From assembly GCA_965228735.1 (NCBI GenBank), contig OZ245838.1:3040001-3104000 (forward strand): 64,000 nt of DNA. The letters are read 5' to 3'. The notes beneath the pieces are model-generated. The model saw nothing but the letters and a program-made list of their open reading frames with translations, had not been told where the DNA came from and ran no database searches. Each line of letters opens with the position of its first letter. Position 1 is the stretch's first letter. The stretch comes from Planctomycetota bacterium (GTDB lineage Bacteria; Planctomycetota; UBA1135; UBA2386). Positions 1 to 10,900 of this stretch are shown in pieces. Both the position numbers and the translations under genes were made by a program.

Positions 1-558
1 ACGTTCACGCTGACGGACGACGTGGAGAGTCGAGCCATGTGGCCGTTCGCGTTCGCCGCGACCTTTCGCGTCGTGCTCGACCCGGAAGCCGGCCTGCACC
101 TCACGTTCGCCGTCGAGAACCGCAGCGCCGAGCGGATGCCTTGCGAGGTCGCGCTGCACACCTACTACGCCGTCGGGGACATTCATACCGCGAGCGTCGA
201 CGGGCTGCAGGGGGTCCGCTTCGTCGAACACGCCCGCGAACCCGAAGGCGACTGGGACCACGACGCGCCGCTCCGCTTCCGTGCCGAGACGGACCGCGTC
301 TTCCAGGACGTGCCAGACCAACTCGTCATCGACGCGCCGGCACTCTCGCGGCGACTCACCCTGACGACGACGAACGCGCGGTCGGCGATCGTCTGGAACC
401 CCTGGCCGAACAAGACCGCCCGACTATCGCAGATGGCACCCGACGACTGGCAGCGTTTCGCCTGCGTCGAATCGGCGAACGTGCACGACAACGCGCTCGA
501 GCTCGCCCCGGGCGAACGTCACGAGCTCACCCTCGCGATCCGCTGCGACGAGGTATGA
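1..558 (+). CDS. D-hexose-6-phosphate mutarotase / aldose 1-epimerase family protein (5' truncated)
   Basis: Frame is open from base 1. Motifs [20 protein letters not shown] and FACVESAN are typical of YeaD-like mutarotases. Confidence 0.85.
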   Translation, partial: TFTLTDDVESRAMWPFAFAATFRVVLDPEAGLHLTFAVENRSAERMPCEVALHTYYAVGDIHTASVDGLQGVRFVEHAREPEGDWDHDAPLRFRAETDRVFQDVPDQLVIDAPALSRRLTLTTTNARSAIVWNPWPNKTARLSQMAPDDWQRFACVESANVHDNALELAPGERHELTLAIRCDEV

Positions 559-559
559 C

Positions 560-952
560 CTACCGCCAGCGCAGGACCGCAGCCTGCACCGTCCGATCGA
601 CCGAGATCGATTCACATTCGCCCCCGCTCTCCAGCACCAGGCTCCCGCCGAGCAGGAGGATCGCGTCACCGCCGAGGCGCCGGGCCTCGCCCTTCATCGC
701 CTCGACGATGTCGGCGAACGACATGAAGTCCGAGCCCTCTCCGACTACGCGACCGATGCGGTCATAGCCACGCTCTGGCGGCTCGTCCGGTTCGAAGACG
801 AGGATCGGGTGACCGAGCGGTCGGCCCGGGAACACCTCCGCGCCGAGCCGCACGGCGGACGCCGAGACGCAGCCGCCGAGCGACGCGGGCAGCGCGCAGA
901 ACAGGGCGGCACCGAGCGCGATGTCACGGCGACGAGACAGGTGGAGCGACAT
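560..952 (-). CDS. Small predicted lipoprotein, YbjQ/heavy-metal-binding-like fold (130 aa)
   Basis: ATG at 952; hydrophobic leader ending LGGC; pattern YDRIGRV...[17 protein letters not shown]. Confidence 0.6.
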   Translation of the reverse strand: MSLHLSRRRDIALGAALFCALPASLGGCVSASAVRLGAEVFPGRPLGHPILVFEPDEPPERGYDRIGRVVGEGSDFMSFADIVEAMKGEARRLGGDAILLLGGSLVLESGGECESISVDRTVQAAVLRWR

Positions 953-1024
953 GACCGCCCAGGAGCAAAGCGCATGCCGCAAGGGCCGGGAGAAACGCAC
1001 CGAACCCGGTATGGTCATCCGCTC

Positions 1025-2938
1025 ATGCCCAGCCCCTGCAGCACTCCGGATGCGAGCGCCTTCCTGCCGACGACGGCGGCCGCGATGCGCGCGCGCGGCT
1101 GGGACGCGGTCGACGTCGTGTTCGTCTCGGGCGATGCCTACATCGACCATCCGTCGTTCGCGATGGCGCTGCTCGGCCGCGTCCTCGAGGCCGAGGGCTT
1201 CCGCGTCGCGATCCTGAGCCAGCCGGACTGGCAGACGGCCGATGCGTTCCGCGAGTTCGGCCAGCCGCGCGTCTGCTTCGCGGTGAGCGCCGGGAACATG
1301 GACTCGATGATCAACCACTACACGGCGAACAAGAAGCGGCGCAACGAGGACGCCTATTCGCCGGGTGGCGCGATCGGCCGGCGGCCGGACCGCGCGACGA
1401 ACGTCTACGCGCAGCGCTGCCGCGAGGCGTTCAAGGGCGTGCCCGTGATCGCCGGCGGCGTCGAGGCATCGCTGCGGCGCATCGCGCACTTCGACTACTG
1501 GTCCGAGACCGTCCGCCCGAGCATCCTCCTGACGTGCAAGGCCGACCTGCTCGGCTTCGGCATGGGCGAGCGCGTGCTGACCGAGATCGTGCGACGGCTC
1601 GCGGACGGCCGTGGTGTCGAGAGCTGCCGCGATCTGCGCGGCGTCGCCTACCTGCTCGGCAGCAAGGAGGCGGTGCCGGACCACCGCTTCGACGACGCCG
1701 CGTGCGACAACCGCACGGTCGAGCTCCCGAGCTTCGAGGCCGTCAAGACCGACAAGCGCGCGTTCGCCGAGGCGACGCGGCTGCTGCATCACGAGACCAA
1801 TCCGCTCAACGGCCGGCGGCTCACGCAGCGCCACGGCGACCGCACGCTCGTCGTCAACCCGCCCGCGCTCGCTCTCAGTGAGGGCGAGCTCGACACCATC
1901 TACGACCTGCCCTACGTGCGGCGACCGCACCCGAGCTACGACCGCCCGGTGCCGGCGCACACGATGATCAAGGATTCGATCACGACGATGCGCGGCTGCT
2001 TCGGCGGGTGCACGTTCTGCTCGATCACGATGCACCAGGGTCGCGCGATCCAGAGCCGGAGCGAGGCGTCGATCCTGCGGGAGGTGCAGCAGCTCGCGAG
2101 CGATCCCGACTTCAAGGGCGCGATCAGCGACGTCGGCGGGCCGACCGCCAACATGTATCGGATGCGCTGCACGCGCCCGGAGATCGAAGCGAAGTGTCGG
2201 CGGCTGTCATGCGTTCATCCGACGGTCTGCAAGCTGCTCGGCACCGACCACGGCCCCACGAAGAAGCTGCTGAAGCAGGTGCGCGAGACGCAGGGCATCA
2301 AGAGCGTGCGCGTCGCGAGCGGCATCCGCATGGACCTCGCCCGCCTCGACGAGGAGTACGTCGAGGACATGGCGCGCCACCACGTCGGCGGCCAGCTCAA
2401 GGTCGCGCCGGAGCACAACAGCAGGAAGGTGCTGGAGCTCATGAAGAAGCCGGCCCACCACACGTTCGACGAGTTCGCGGACAAGTTCGCGGCGGCGAGC
2501 AAGCGGGCAGGCAAGGAGCAGTACCTCGTGCCCTACTTCATCGCATCCCACCCGGGCTGCGGCGTCGAGGAGATGATCGAGCTCGCGGTGTTTCTCAAGC
2601 AGCGCGGCTACCGCCCGCGGCAGGTGCAGGACTTCATCCCGGCACCCATGGACATCGCGACGTGCATGTACTGGACCGGCCTCGACCCGACGACGATGCA
2701 GGAGGTCGAGACCGTGAAGAAGCTCAAGGACCGCGAGGTCCAGCGCGCGCTGATGCAGTACTTCAAGCCGGAGAACTGGTTCGCCGTCCGCAAGGCGCTC
2801 GTCGACGCGGGGCGTCAGGACCTGATCGGCAGCGGCCCGCAGTGCCTGATCCCGAACGATCCGCCGAAGGCCGCGCTCGCGGCGCGGCGCGAGGGGGCGA
2901 ACGATCCGCGGCGCCGCCGGGGCCGGGAACCGCGATGA
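1025..2938 (+). CDS. ygiQ: YgiQ family (UPF0313) radical SAM protein
   Basis: [34 protein letters not shown] (CxxxCxxC), GGPTANMY and [10 protein letters not shown] motifs. Start placed at ATG 1025. Confidence 0.92.
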   Translation: MPSPCSTPDASAFLPTTAAAMRARGWDAVDVVFVSGDAYIDHPSFAMALLGRVLEAEGFRVAILSQPDWQTADAFREFGQPRVCFAVSAGNMDSMINHYTANKKRRNEDAYSPGGAIGRRPDRATNVYAQRCREAFKGVPVIAGGVEASLRRIAHFDYWSETVRPSILLTCKADLLGFGMGERVLTEIVRRLADGRGVESCRDLRGVAYLLGSKEAVPDHRFDDAACDNRTVELPSFEAVKTDKRAFAEATRLLHHETNPLNGRRLTQRHGDRTLVVNPPALALSEGELDTIYDLPYVRRPHPSYDRPVPAHTMIKDSITTMRGCFGGCTFCSITMHQGRAIQSRSEASILREVQQLASDPDFKGAISDVGGPTANMYRMRCTRPEIEAKCRRLSCVHPTVCKLLGTDHGPTKKLLKQVRETQGIKSVRVASGIRMDLARLDEEYVEDMARHHVGGQLKVAPEHNSRKVLELMKKPAHHTFDEFADKFAAASKRAGKEQYLVPYFIASHPGCGVEEMIELAVFLKQRGYRPRQVQDFIPAPMDIATCMYWTGLDPTTMQEVETVKKLKDREVQRALMQYFKPENWFAVRKALVDAGRQDLIGSGPQCLIPNDPPKAALAARREGANDPRRRRGREPR

Positions 2939-2941
2939 ACG

Positions 2942-4000
2942 CTACACCGTGACGCCGATCGCGCCGTTGTAGACGAAGTGCATCAGCATGCACGGCAGCA
3001 GGCTCTTGCTGCGTTCGCGGAGGAAGCACAGGTAGAAGCCGATGCCGACGTGGAAGGGCAGCGCGAGGGTGACCCCGTGCGCCAACCCGAACGCAGCGCC
3101 CGTGACGACGATGCCGATGTAGCGCCCGAGCAGGGCGCAGAACCGCCCCTGAACGGCGCCACGAAACGCGATCTCCTCGAACACGGCCGGGGTGAACGCG
3201 AGCACGAACAGGAACCACCCGTAGCCGAGTCGATCCCGCAGCTGCGCGTACATCGAGCCGGCTTCGCCGTCCTCGAGCTCGAACAGCTCCTCGATCAACT
3301 CCCCGTAGCCCATCGCCAGCAGGTAGACGATCGCCGCGACGGCCACCGCTTCGATGAAGTAGACGAGGTGCGCCCGCCGAAAGCCGGTGAACGCGTACGG
3401 ACTCGACAAGGCAGCGATCAGCACGACCGCGACCCCGGTGACGAGCGACGCGAACGGCATCGCGAGGGCCTGCGCTTCGCCCTCGAGCGACAAACTGATG
3501 GCGAGCTGCGGCAGCAGGAACGCGCACATCATCAGCGCAAGCTCGAGGATCGCCGCGTTGGTCCACTTCTGCTTCGTCTCGACGGTGCCGTGCTGCACCG
3601 TGCCCGGCGCCATCGCGGCGGCGACCGGCATCTGCCGCGCGCTCGTCTCGCCCGCCTTGACCGGGATCTCCAGCCGCCCCTGGTCGTCCCGCGTCACCTT
3701 CGGGGTCGGCAACCGCGCGTCGCCGCCGTCGTCGAACACCTGGAACGCGCGCGGGTCGGCGACCTCGCGCTTCGGCACCTGCACGTAGACACCGCACGAG
3801 CACCGCAGCTTGAACCCCGCCATGTCGGGATGCACGCGCCACGGCGCGCCGCAGCCGCTGCACCGGGCCGCGATCGCGGTCTCGGGATCGAGCGGCTCGT
3901 TCGGGGGCCACTGCCGCACGACGGGTAGATCACTGCGCGGCTGCTCGTCCGCGCTGCGGTCGACTTCGTCGCCGTCGTCTACCGCATCCTCGCCCGTCAT
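2942..4000 (-). CDS. CPBP (CAAX/Abi) family intramembrane metalloprotease with N-terminal Zn-ribbon
   Basis: AVFEEIAFRG, FGLAH and HFVYN motifs; multiple TM segments; N-terminal CSGC...CSC. Confidence 0.85.
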   Translation of the reverse strand: MTGEDAVDDGDEVDRSADEQPRSDLPVVRQWPPNEPLDPETAIAARCSGCGAPWRVHPDMAGFKLRCSCGVYVQVPKREVADPRAFQVFDDGGDARLPTPKVTRDDQGRLEIPVKAGETSARQMPVAAAMAPGTVQHGTVETKQKWTNAAILELALMMCAFLLPQLAISLSLEGEAQALAMPFASLVTGVAVVLIAALSSPYAFTGFRRAHLVYFIEAVAVAAIVYLLAMGYGELIEELFELEDGEAGSMYAQLRDRLGYGWFLFVLAFTPAVFEEIAFRGAVQGRFCALLGRYIGIVVTGAAFGLAHGVTLALPFHVGIGFYLCFLRERSKSLLPCMLMHFVYNGAIGVTV

Positions 4001-4004
4001 CGCC

Positions 4005-5018
4005 TCAGTTCTTCTTCTTCTCGTACTTCGTCATGCTGAGGGCCAGCTGGCTCGCGGTCATGCGACCCGGCAGCTCCTCGACGACCGTCGTGTTGGCGTC
4101 GGTGACGAACGGCCGCAGGCTCACGCTGGTCTGCGCGAGCACGTTGTCGTCCGCGTCGCGCAGCTGCAGCCAGACGTCCTGGCCCTCGCGCACCATCGTA
4201 TCGCGCAGCTTGTCGGCCTCGGTCACGTTGCCCGCCTCGCGCCCGTCCCACTCGGCGCTCGTCTTCGGATAGTCGGCGCCGCGGCGCAGCGTGACCTCGT
4301 AGGCACCCCAGTGGTTCTCGAGTTCGACGTCGAGCAGCCCGTCGAACGGTCCGAGCTCGACCCTGACGCCCGCGGCGTTGGCCGCGAGCAGCGCATCGAC
4401 GAGGCCCGACCGCCACGCCATGAGGCCGAACGCGACGATCAACAGCGGAATCGCCAGCACGACCTCCTTGCGCCTGAGCATGGACTGCCATGGCGGCGCA
4501 GCCTGGATCTCGTCGGGCTTGTCCCCCGCCGTCACGGGGCGCATCCGAGTCAGCGTGTCGACCCCATCACCGGCCGGCGGCGGCGCGACTGCGCGGAACA
4601 GGGTCTCCGCGACCTCGCTGTCGAACACCATCGTGCAGCGCAGCGTCGATTCGACGGCGCCCTTCGTCGCCGCGGCGATCGCCTGCAGCTGCCCGAGCAT
4701 CTCGGCCTGGGCGTCGGCATCGAAGCGCGAACCCGGCACGCGCTCGTTGGCCGGCAGCAGCGAGTACTTGCCGCCGTCCTGTTCGAGCGAGAACTCGCAG
4801 ACGCCGATCTTGTTGAGCCTGGCCACGGCCCGCGCGATGGCGGGACCGTCCTTCACCCGGCCGTCGAGGATGCCGTCGATCGTCACCCACTCCGGCGGGC
4901 CCGCGGGCATCGTCGGCTGCGCGTCGTCGTTGCTTCGACCTTCGCCGCTGCCGTTGCCGCTGCCGCTGCCGCTGCCGGCATCGCCATGACCGCTGTTGTC
5001 GTCGTCGTTGGTCATCAC
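4005..5018 (-). CDS. Hypothetical single-pass membrane protein
   Basis: 337-aa ORF with GC3-biased codons, GTGA overlap with the upstream gene and one central hydrophobic segment. Confidence 0.7.
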   Translation of the reverse strand: MMTNDDDNSGHGDAGSGSGSGNGSGEGRSNDDAQPTMPAGPPEWVTIDGILDGRVKDGPAIARAVARLNKIGVCEFSLEQDGGKYSLLPANERVPGSRFDADAQAEMLGQLQAIAAATKGAVESTLRCTMVFDSEVAETLFRAVAPPPAGDGVDTLTRMRPVTAGDKPDEIQAAPPWQSMLRRKEVVLAIPLLIVAFGLMAWRSGLVDALLAANAAGVRVELGPFDGLLDVELENHWGAYEVTLRRGADYPKTSAEWDGREAGNVTEADKLRDTMVREGQDVWLQLRDADDNVLAQTSVSLRPFVTDANTTVVEELPGRMTASQLALSMTKYEKKKN

Positions 5019-5581
5019 GCCTCACCCAGCTGTTCGCCGACCTCGCCGATCGACACCCAGTCCGTCATGCCTTCGCACCAGACGAGGGTCGAATCCGGAA
5101 TCTCCTCGTCGAGCCACATCGTGCGCAACGCCGCACTCGACACCGGCCCGGAGCGCTCGCCGTCGACCGCATAGAACCACTCGCGCGCGGGCTGCGGCGG
5201 CGCGGACGCGTGCTCCGGCAGCGGCGGGGGCGGCGGCGCGTCGCCGGGCAGCTCGGCGGCAGTCGTGTCGAGCCCGAGCGCGCGGTCGTGCACACCGAGC
5301 CGCTGGCCGTGCGCCTGGTGCCGCTGGTCGGAGATCTGCCGTTCCTTCTTGAGCTGCTCGCGCAGCTTGCGAGCCTCGTCGCGGTGACGCCGCTCCTTCT
5401 CGGCCTCCTTCTTCAGGTCCGGAATCAGCAGCAGGATGATGATGCCGAGACAGCCCGCGAGGAAGCCGATGAAGAACCAGCCGACGCCGCTGCGGCCGCG
5501 CGACGGCGCGATCACCGCGCACACGATGCCGAAAACCGCTCCGACGATCAGGTTGATGATGATGAATGCGCCGTCGTCCAT
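5015..5581 (-). CDS. Membrane protein with C-terminal GYF_2 (DUF4339) domain, paralog 2
   Basis: Two TM helices, a coiled coil, then WFYAVDGERSGPV...TLVWCEGMTDW. Confidence 0.8.
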   Translation of the reverse strand: MDDGAFIIINLIVGAVFGIVCAVIAPSRGRSGVGWFFIGFLAGCLGIIILLLIPDLKKEAEKERRHRDEARKLREQLKKERQISDQRHQAHGQRLGVHDRALGLDTTAAELPGDAPPPPPLPEHASAPPQPAREWFYAVDGERSGPVSSAALRTMWLDEEIPDSTLVWCEGMTDWVSIGEVGEQLGEA

Positions 5582-5587
5582 TGCGTG

Positions 5588-6265
5588 TCAGTCCTCGTCG
5601 TCAGCTCCATCGGTCGCGCGGCCGTCACCCGCCATCTCGTCGACCTCGCGGATCGCGACCCACTCCGCCAGCCCCGACCGCCAGACCAGCGTCTCCGCAT
5701 CGATCCGGCCATCGCGCCAGAGCAGCCAGAGTTTGGCGCGCGGCACCGGGCCGCGCTGCTCACCGTCCAGGGCGTAGTACCATTGCTCGCCCGGGTCAGC
5801 GCCGGCGCCACCCGCTGGCGCGGGCCCCGGCCCTGGCCCCGGACCTGGCCCCGACCCCGACCATTGGGCGGCGTCGCCCCGATCCTGCCCCGGCCCGAGC
5901 AGCGCCGGGTCACCGGCCGACGAGGTATCCACCCCGAGCGCGCGGTCGTGCGCGCCGAGGCGCTCGTCGTGCGCGCCGTGCCGGTGGTCGCTGACCTGGC
6001 GCTCCTTCTTGAGCAGCTCGCGCAGCTTGCGGGTCTCCGCGCGCCGCCGCTTCTCCTTGGCCTCTTCTTCCTTCAGGTTCGGCAGCAGCAGGATCAGGAT
6101 GATCCCGATGCACTGCGTCACGACGCCGATGAAGAACCAGCCGACCGGGCTGCGACCGCGGCTCGGCGCGATCAGCGCGCACACGACGCCGAACACGCTG
6201 TAGATCAGCACGACGACCAACAGGCCGACGAGCACACCGACCGCTTCACTGACGGCGATCATCAT
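5588..6265 (-). CDS. Membrane protein with C-terminal GYF_2 (DUF4339) domain, paralog 1
   Basis: ATG 6265 overlaps the upstream stop (ATGA); WYYALDGEQRGPV...TLVWRSGLAEW; clearly similar to 5015-5581. Confidence 0.8.
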   Translation of the reverse strand: MMIAVSEAVGVLVGLLVVVLIYSVFGVVCALIAPSRGRSPVGWFFIGVVTQCIGIILILLLPNLKEEEAKEKRRRAETRKLRELLKKERQVSDHRHGAHDERLGAHDRALGVDTSSAGDPALLGPGQDRGDAAQWSGSGPGPGPGPGPAPAGGAGADPGEQWYYALDGEQRGPVPRAKLWLLWRDGRIDAETLVWRSGLAEWVAIREVDEMAGDGRATDGADDED

Positions 6266-6711
6266 GTCGTCGCGGCGAACCAGCCGAACGCGCGCGCCGC
6301 CCACGCGAACAGGATGCCGACGAGGAACAAGCGGTGACCGAGCCACCGCAGCGTCCGATGCGCCGAGAGCATGTGGCCGCGCCGCATCACGTCGAGGTGC
6401 AATAGCACGGCCGCCGCCGCGAGGACCGCGACGACGAAGCCGCCGGGGTTGAGCGCGAGCGCCTCGTCGAAGCGGCCCTGCACGACCATCGACGTGCTGC
6501 GCGTGAGCCCGCAGCCGGGACACGCGCACTCACCGAGCAGCGAGCCGAGCGGGCACGGCGGGCCCTCGACGCCGAACAGCGTGGCGGACTCGCGGGACAC
6601 GGTCGTGGTCGCGGCGATCACGAGCGCGCCAGCCGCCGGCACCATCATCAGCGCCGCCGAACGACGAACGGCCGCAGGGGCCGAGGTCTCGCTGTGCGCG
6701 GCGGTGCTCAA
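6262..6711 (-). CDS. DUF2752 family membrane protein
   Basis: PCP...CPGCGLTRS...ALALNP motif; adjacent to a TM2 gene. Start uncertain. Confidence 0.8.
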   Translation of the reverse strand: MSTAAHSETSAPAAVRRSAALMMVPAAGALVIAATTTVSRESATLFGVEGPPCPLGSLLGECACPGCGLTRSTSMVVQGRFDEALALNPGGFVVAVLAAAAVLLHLDVMRRGHMLSAHRTLRWLGHRLFLVGILFAWAARAFGWFAATT

Positions 6712-6712
6712 C

Positions 6713-6961
6713 TCAGAACCAGGCCTTCTTGCCGACCTGATACTCGCGGATGAACTCCTCGTCCGACTTGGTCAGATAGATGATGCCCTCGATCAGGCCG
6801 ATGATGGAGCCGACGCACAGGAACCCGAGGATGAGGCGAATAACGCCACCGCCGACATCCCCGAGAACGAAACGGTGCAGGCCGAACCCGCCGAAGATGA
6901 TCCCGAGAACGCCGCAGAGGACGCGCTTGCTGTCTTGGGGAGTGGGAGGAGGTGTGCTCAT
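6713..6961 (-). CDS. TM2 domain-containing protein
   Basis: GIIFGGFGLHRFVLG...IEGIIYLTKSDEEF...KKAWF; AAGGA RBS upstream. Confidence 0.9.
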   Translation of the reverse strand: MSTPPPTPQDSKRVLCGVLGIIFGGFGLHRFVLGDVGGGVIRLILGFLCVGSIIGLIEGIIYLTKSDEEFIREYQVGKKAWF

Positions 6962-7053
6962 GGGTCGAATTCCTTCTACGAGAGGGGCGGACAGATATCA
7001 GGGAAACGCCCCAGAACCAACCGGCTCCCGCAATTCCGGCCCCCGACACGGGT

Positions 7054-7824
7054 TCAGCCGCCGAGCGCGTCGCGGTGCGCAGGCAGGTTCTGGGCGATGC
7101 CCTGGTACGTCGCGGCGAGCTCGAGCGCATTCGTGAGCTCGGCGTTCCAGCTGCGATAGGCCGCCCGCTTCGTGAGCTGCACCGCCTCGGCCGGCAGCTC
7201 GGCGATCGCCGCGGCCCGCCGCTTTGCGGCGGCAAGCAGGTCCTCGGGTTCGACGACATCGTGCACGAGCCCGATCCGCAGCGCTTCGTCCGTATCGACG
7301 ATCCGGCCCGTGAGCATCATCTCGAGTGCACGCGGGAAACCGATCGTCCGCGCGAGGAAGAACGCGCCCCCATCGCCCGGCACGAGGCCCACGCGCACGA
7401 ACGTCGAGCCGAGCTTCGTGCCACGCGCCGCGATCCGGATGTCCGCCATGCAGCAGAGGTCGAGACCCGCGCCGATCGCAGCACCGTGGATCGCCACGAC
7501 GATCGGCACGCGCGTCTCGGCAAGGGCGCGCGGCACGGCCTGGATGCCGTCGATGTAGCGTCGGCGCAGTTCGGCCGGATCGCCGGCGAACATGCCGGAC
7601 CGCGCCTTCATCGCCTTGACGTCGCCGCCCGCGTGGAACGTCTCGCCGTCGCCGTGGAGCACGACGCAGCGCACCGCTGGATCGTCGTCCGCGGACCGGA
7701 GTGCCGCGACGAGCTGCGCGCACATCTCGTCGCTGTAGGCGTTGCGCGCTTCGGGGCGCGCGAGCGTCACGAGCGCGAGGGCATCCTCGACTGCGTAGCG
7801 AACGTGCTCAGGGGTACTGGCCAT
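7054..7824 (-). CDS. Enoyl-CoA hydratase/isomerase (crotonase) family protein
   Basis: TLARPEARNA, FHAGGDV, HGAAIGAG, DIRIA and GLVPGDGG motifs. Confidence 0.9.
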   Translation of the reverse strand: MASTPEHVRYAVEDALALVTLARPEARNAYSDEMCAQLVAALRSADDDPAVRCVVLHGDGETFHAGGDVKAMKARSGMFAGDPAELRRRYIDGIQAVPRALAETRVPIVVAIHGAAIGAGLDLCCMADIRIAARGTKLGSTFVRVGLVPGDGGAFFLARTIGFPRALEMMLTGRIVDTDEALRIGLVHDVVEPEDLLAAAKRRAAAIAELPAEAVQLTKRAAYRSWNAELTNALELAATYQGIAQNLPAHRDALGG

Positions 7825-7936
7825 GGCGATGTTGTAGCAGGCCGGGCAGGCCGATGGATTCTCCGAGTCGCCCCGGCGATCGCAGGGGCGATGACAAGCA
7901 CGTGAGGCTCCCTGCCGTCACCACGAGGCCTCGCCG

Positions 7937-10900
7937 ATGCGCCCGCGCCCCACCGGCCCACTCCCGGCACCCGTCTGCCTGCTGTCCTTCCTGCTGCCGA
8001 CCCTGCTGACCGAGCTGCCCGCCCAGGGTGAGTTCGTCAACTTCGAGGACCCGCAGGTCCGCCCCGTCGCGATCGCGACCATCAGTGCGGGGCCGAGCGC
8101 GCGTCGCTTCGCGCTCGTCTGCAACACGCCGGACAACTCCGTCGAGATCTACTCGGCCGCCGCACCGTTCGACTTCGTGGCGCGCGTGCCGGTCGGCCTG
8201 TCGCCCGTGACGGTGCGCTGGAACGCGGACAACGGTCGGTTCTACACCTGCAACTACCTCGGCGACTCGGTGACGGCGGTACGCCTCGATCCGGCGAGTT
8301 CGCCCGCCGGCGTCCGGCCACGCGTCGAGCGCACGGCGTTCGTCGGCGATCAACCGACCGACATCGTGTTCGTCGAGAACAACACCCAAGCGTTCGTCGC
8401 GCTCGAGGGCAGGAACGGCGTCGCCCACCTGAGCCTCCCCGACATCGCGACGATCACGCCCAATGTGCGACTGCAGGTCGCCGGCGCGCAGGGCCCGCTC
8501 ATCAATCACATCGTGAAGATGCCGCGCCGGCTCACTGTACTGCCGGACGGGCGGTTCTACGCGCTCAACCTCATGGGCGGCGACATCGACTCGCCGCCGC
8601 TGCTCGACATGGGGCTGTTCACGTTCGACCCCAACAACCCGCCGACGGGCGCGGCCGGGCACTTCCACTCGCTCCGCGACCTCGGCAGCACCAACCTCGG
8701 CTGCCGCATCAACGCGGCCGGCGACCGCATGTTCGTCGTCGCGCAGATCGCGCAGAACGACGCGGCAGGCGTCGACGCGGTCGCGGCACAGCCGACCGGC
8801 TTCGTGCAGACGTGGCTGCAGGTCGTCGACCTGTTGCCCGGCGCGGCGGGCGATCCGCCGCAGCTCGTGCCCGAGCAGGTGACGGGCAGCGGCCAGAAGG
8901 CGCTGCTGCAGAGCATCAATCTCAACCGCGACTACTCGCAGAACGCGCTCACGGCGGTCCAGCCAACGGACGCGATCGCGCAGGTCACCGACGTCGCGCT
9001 CGTCGAGGGCGCGACCGGCATCGAGCGCATCGTGCTCGCCGCGTTCGGCTCCGACAAGATCGTCGTGTTGACGCCGGACGGCAGCCAGCCGAGCGGCTAC
9101 CGCGCGCGCCACATCCGCCTCCAGGTGAACCCGGCGGCAGGCGACGGCTACTCCGCCGTCGGGCCGCGCGGTCTCGCGTATGACGAGAACGGCGCGGACC
9201 CGGCCGGCGGCCTGCGACCCGGCCTGGTCTGGTGCGTCAACCGGCTCGACAACTCGCTCGCGATCGTCAACCCGTGGACGGGCACGCTCGTGCTGCACCG
9301 CCCGCTGCGGCACGACCCGACGCCGACCGAGATCCGCGCGGGGCGCAAATTCCTCTACAGCGCGTGGGCGACGTCGGGGAACGGAATGGTCTCGTGCTCG
9401 AGCTGTCACGTCGATGCGCGGACCGATGGGCTCACGTGGAACCTCGGCAACCTCGACGCGCCCGGGCCCGGCATCCCCGCGCACTTCCACGACGGCAACG
9501 ACCAGGACCTCGGCTCGATGCCGGACTGGCCGAACAGCAAGGGCCTCATGGTCACGCAGACGCTGCAGGGGCTGCTCGATTCGCACGTCGAGCCCTACCG
9601 CATGCGCGCCGTCGCGACGAATGCGCCGTATCACTGGCGCGGCGACAAGTTCGACTTCCCGGACTTCAACGAGGCATTCGTGCGGCTGCAGGGCATGCCG
9701 GACGAACCGACGATCCCGGGGCTCAGCGGGCTCGACGCCGACGACATGACGGCCTACCACCGCTTCATCAACACGGTCCACCACGCGCCGAACCCCGAGC
9801 AGCGCAAGGACCGGCGGCTCGGCGGCGAGCTCGGCGACCCGGACGATCCGATGGACGGCAGCGGTGGCCTGCTCGGCATGAAGCTGTTTCACATCATCCC
9901 GACGGTCGGGCCGCGCTCCTGCGTGAACTGCCACACGCTGCCCGACGGCAGCAGCAACACGCTGACGCTCACCGAACTCATCGACGGCGAGCTCGGCACC
10001 CCGGCGCAGACCCAACCGATGGAGACCGCGGCCACGCGCAACCTGTTCCAACGCGAGATCACGATCCCCAACGGCTTCGACGCGACCGATCTGTCCGGCA
10101 ACGTGCCGCTGCTCGTCACCGGTTCCCACGGGCTGCTCCACGCCGGCATCTTCTCCTTCCCGTCACTCAACAACTCGCTGACGATCAACGACTTCATCCA
10201 TCGGTCGTTCGGGTTCGCCCCCGATGCGACGGTCGACCACCTGCTCAAGCTCGCGACCACCGAGTTCGTGCGGCAGTTCGACAGCGGCACGGCCCCGATG
10301 ATCGGCGTCGCGTGGACCGTCGACCCGGGCGACCCCGCTGCCAACAACAGCGTCCTGTCGCTGCTCGAGCGCGAGGTCGACGAGGCCAACGTCGGACTCG
10401 CCGTCTACACGCGATCGGGCGGCATCGAGCGCGGCTTCTGGTTCGACCCGCGCGATCAACAGTATCACCAGGAGAACGGCCCGGCCGTGCTCGACCGCGC
10501 CGGGCTGCTGGCGCTCGCGGGTCCTGGCGGCGACGACGTGGTGATCGCGCAGGCCACACCGACGGGCAGCGAACGCCGCATCGCGAGCCTCAGCGGCCGC
10601 CCGGCGACGCTGACGGGTGCCGCCCCCGATCCGCAGACGATCGCGCTCGTGCCGATGGCGCCCAACACGTTCTACGTCGGCGTGCCGAGCCTCACGGGCA
10701 ACTGGGACCCGAACCACCCGACCCTGCCGTTCCAGTGGAACGTCGCCAACAATGGCCCCGAACCCGTGAGCATGCGGTCCATCCGCGAGCTGCAGACGTC
10801 GCTCGCCGGCACGTTCGGCGTGCCTTTGAGCCCGCTGCGCCACGAACCGCCGCGCCGCCTGCGGGTGATCGGCGCGGGCATCCGCCCCAACGCCAAACTC

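Noticed and set aside
4940..5860. GS and GP low-complexity runs
   Set aside because: Ordinary flexible linkers inside coding regions.
6962..7053. Possible ECF promoter (GGAATT...CGTT) upstream of the TM2 operon
   Set aside because: Spacing does not fit a standard ECF promoter, so it is not supportable.
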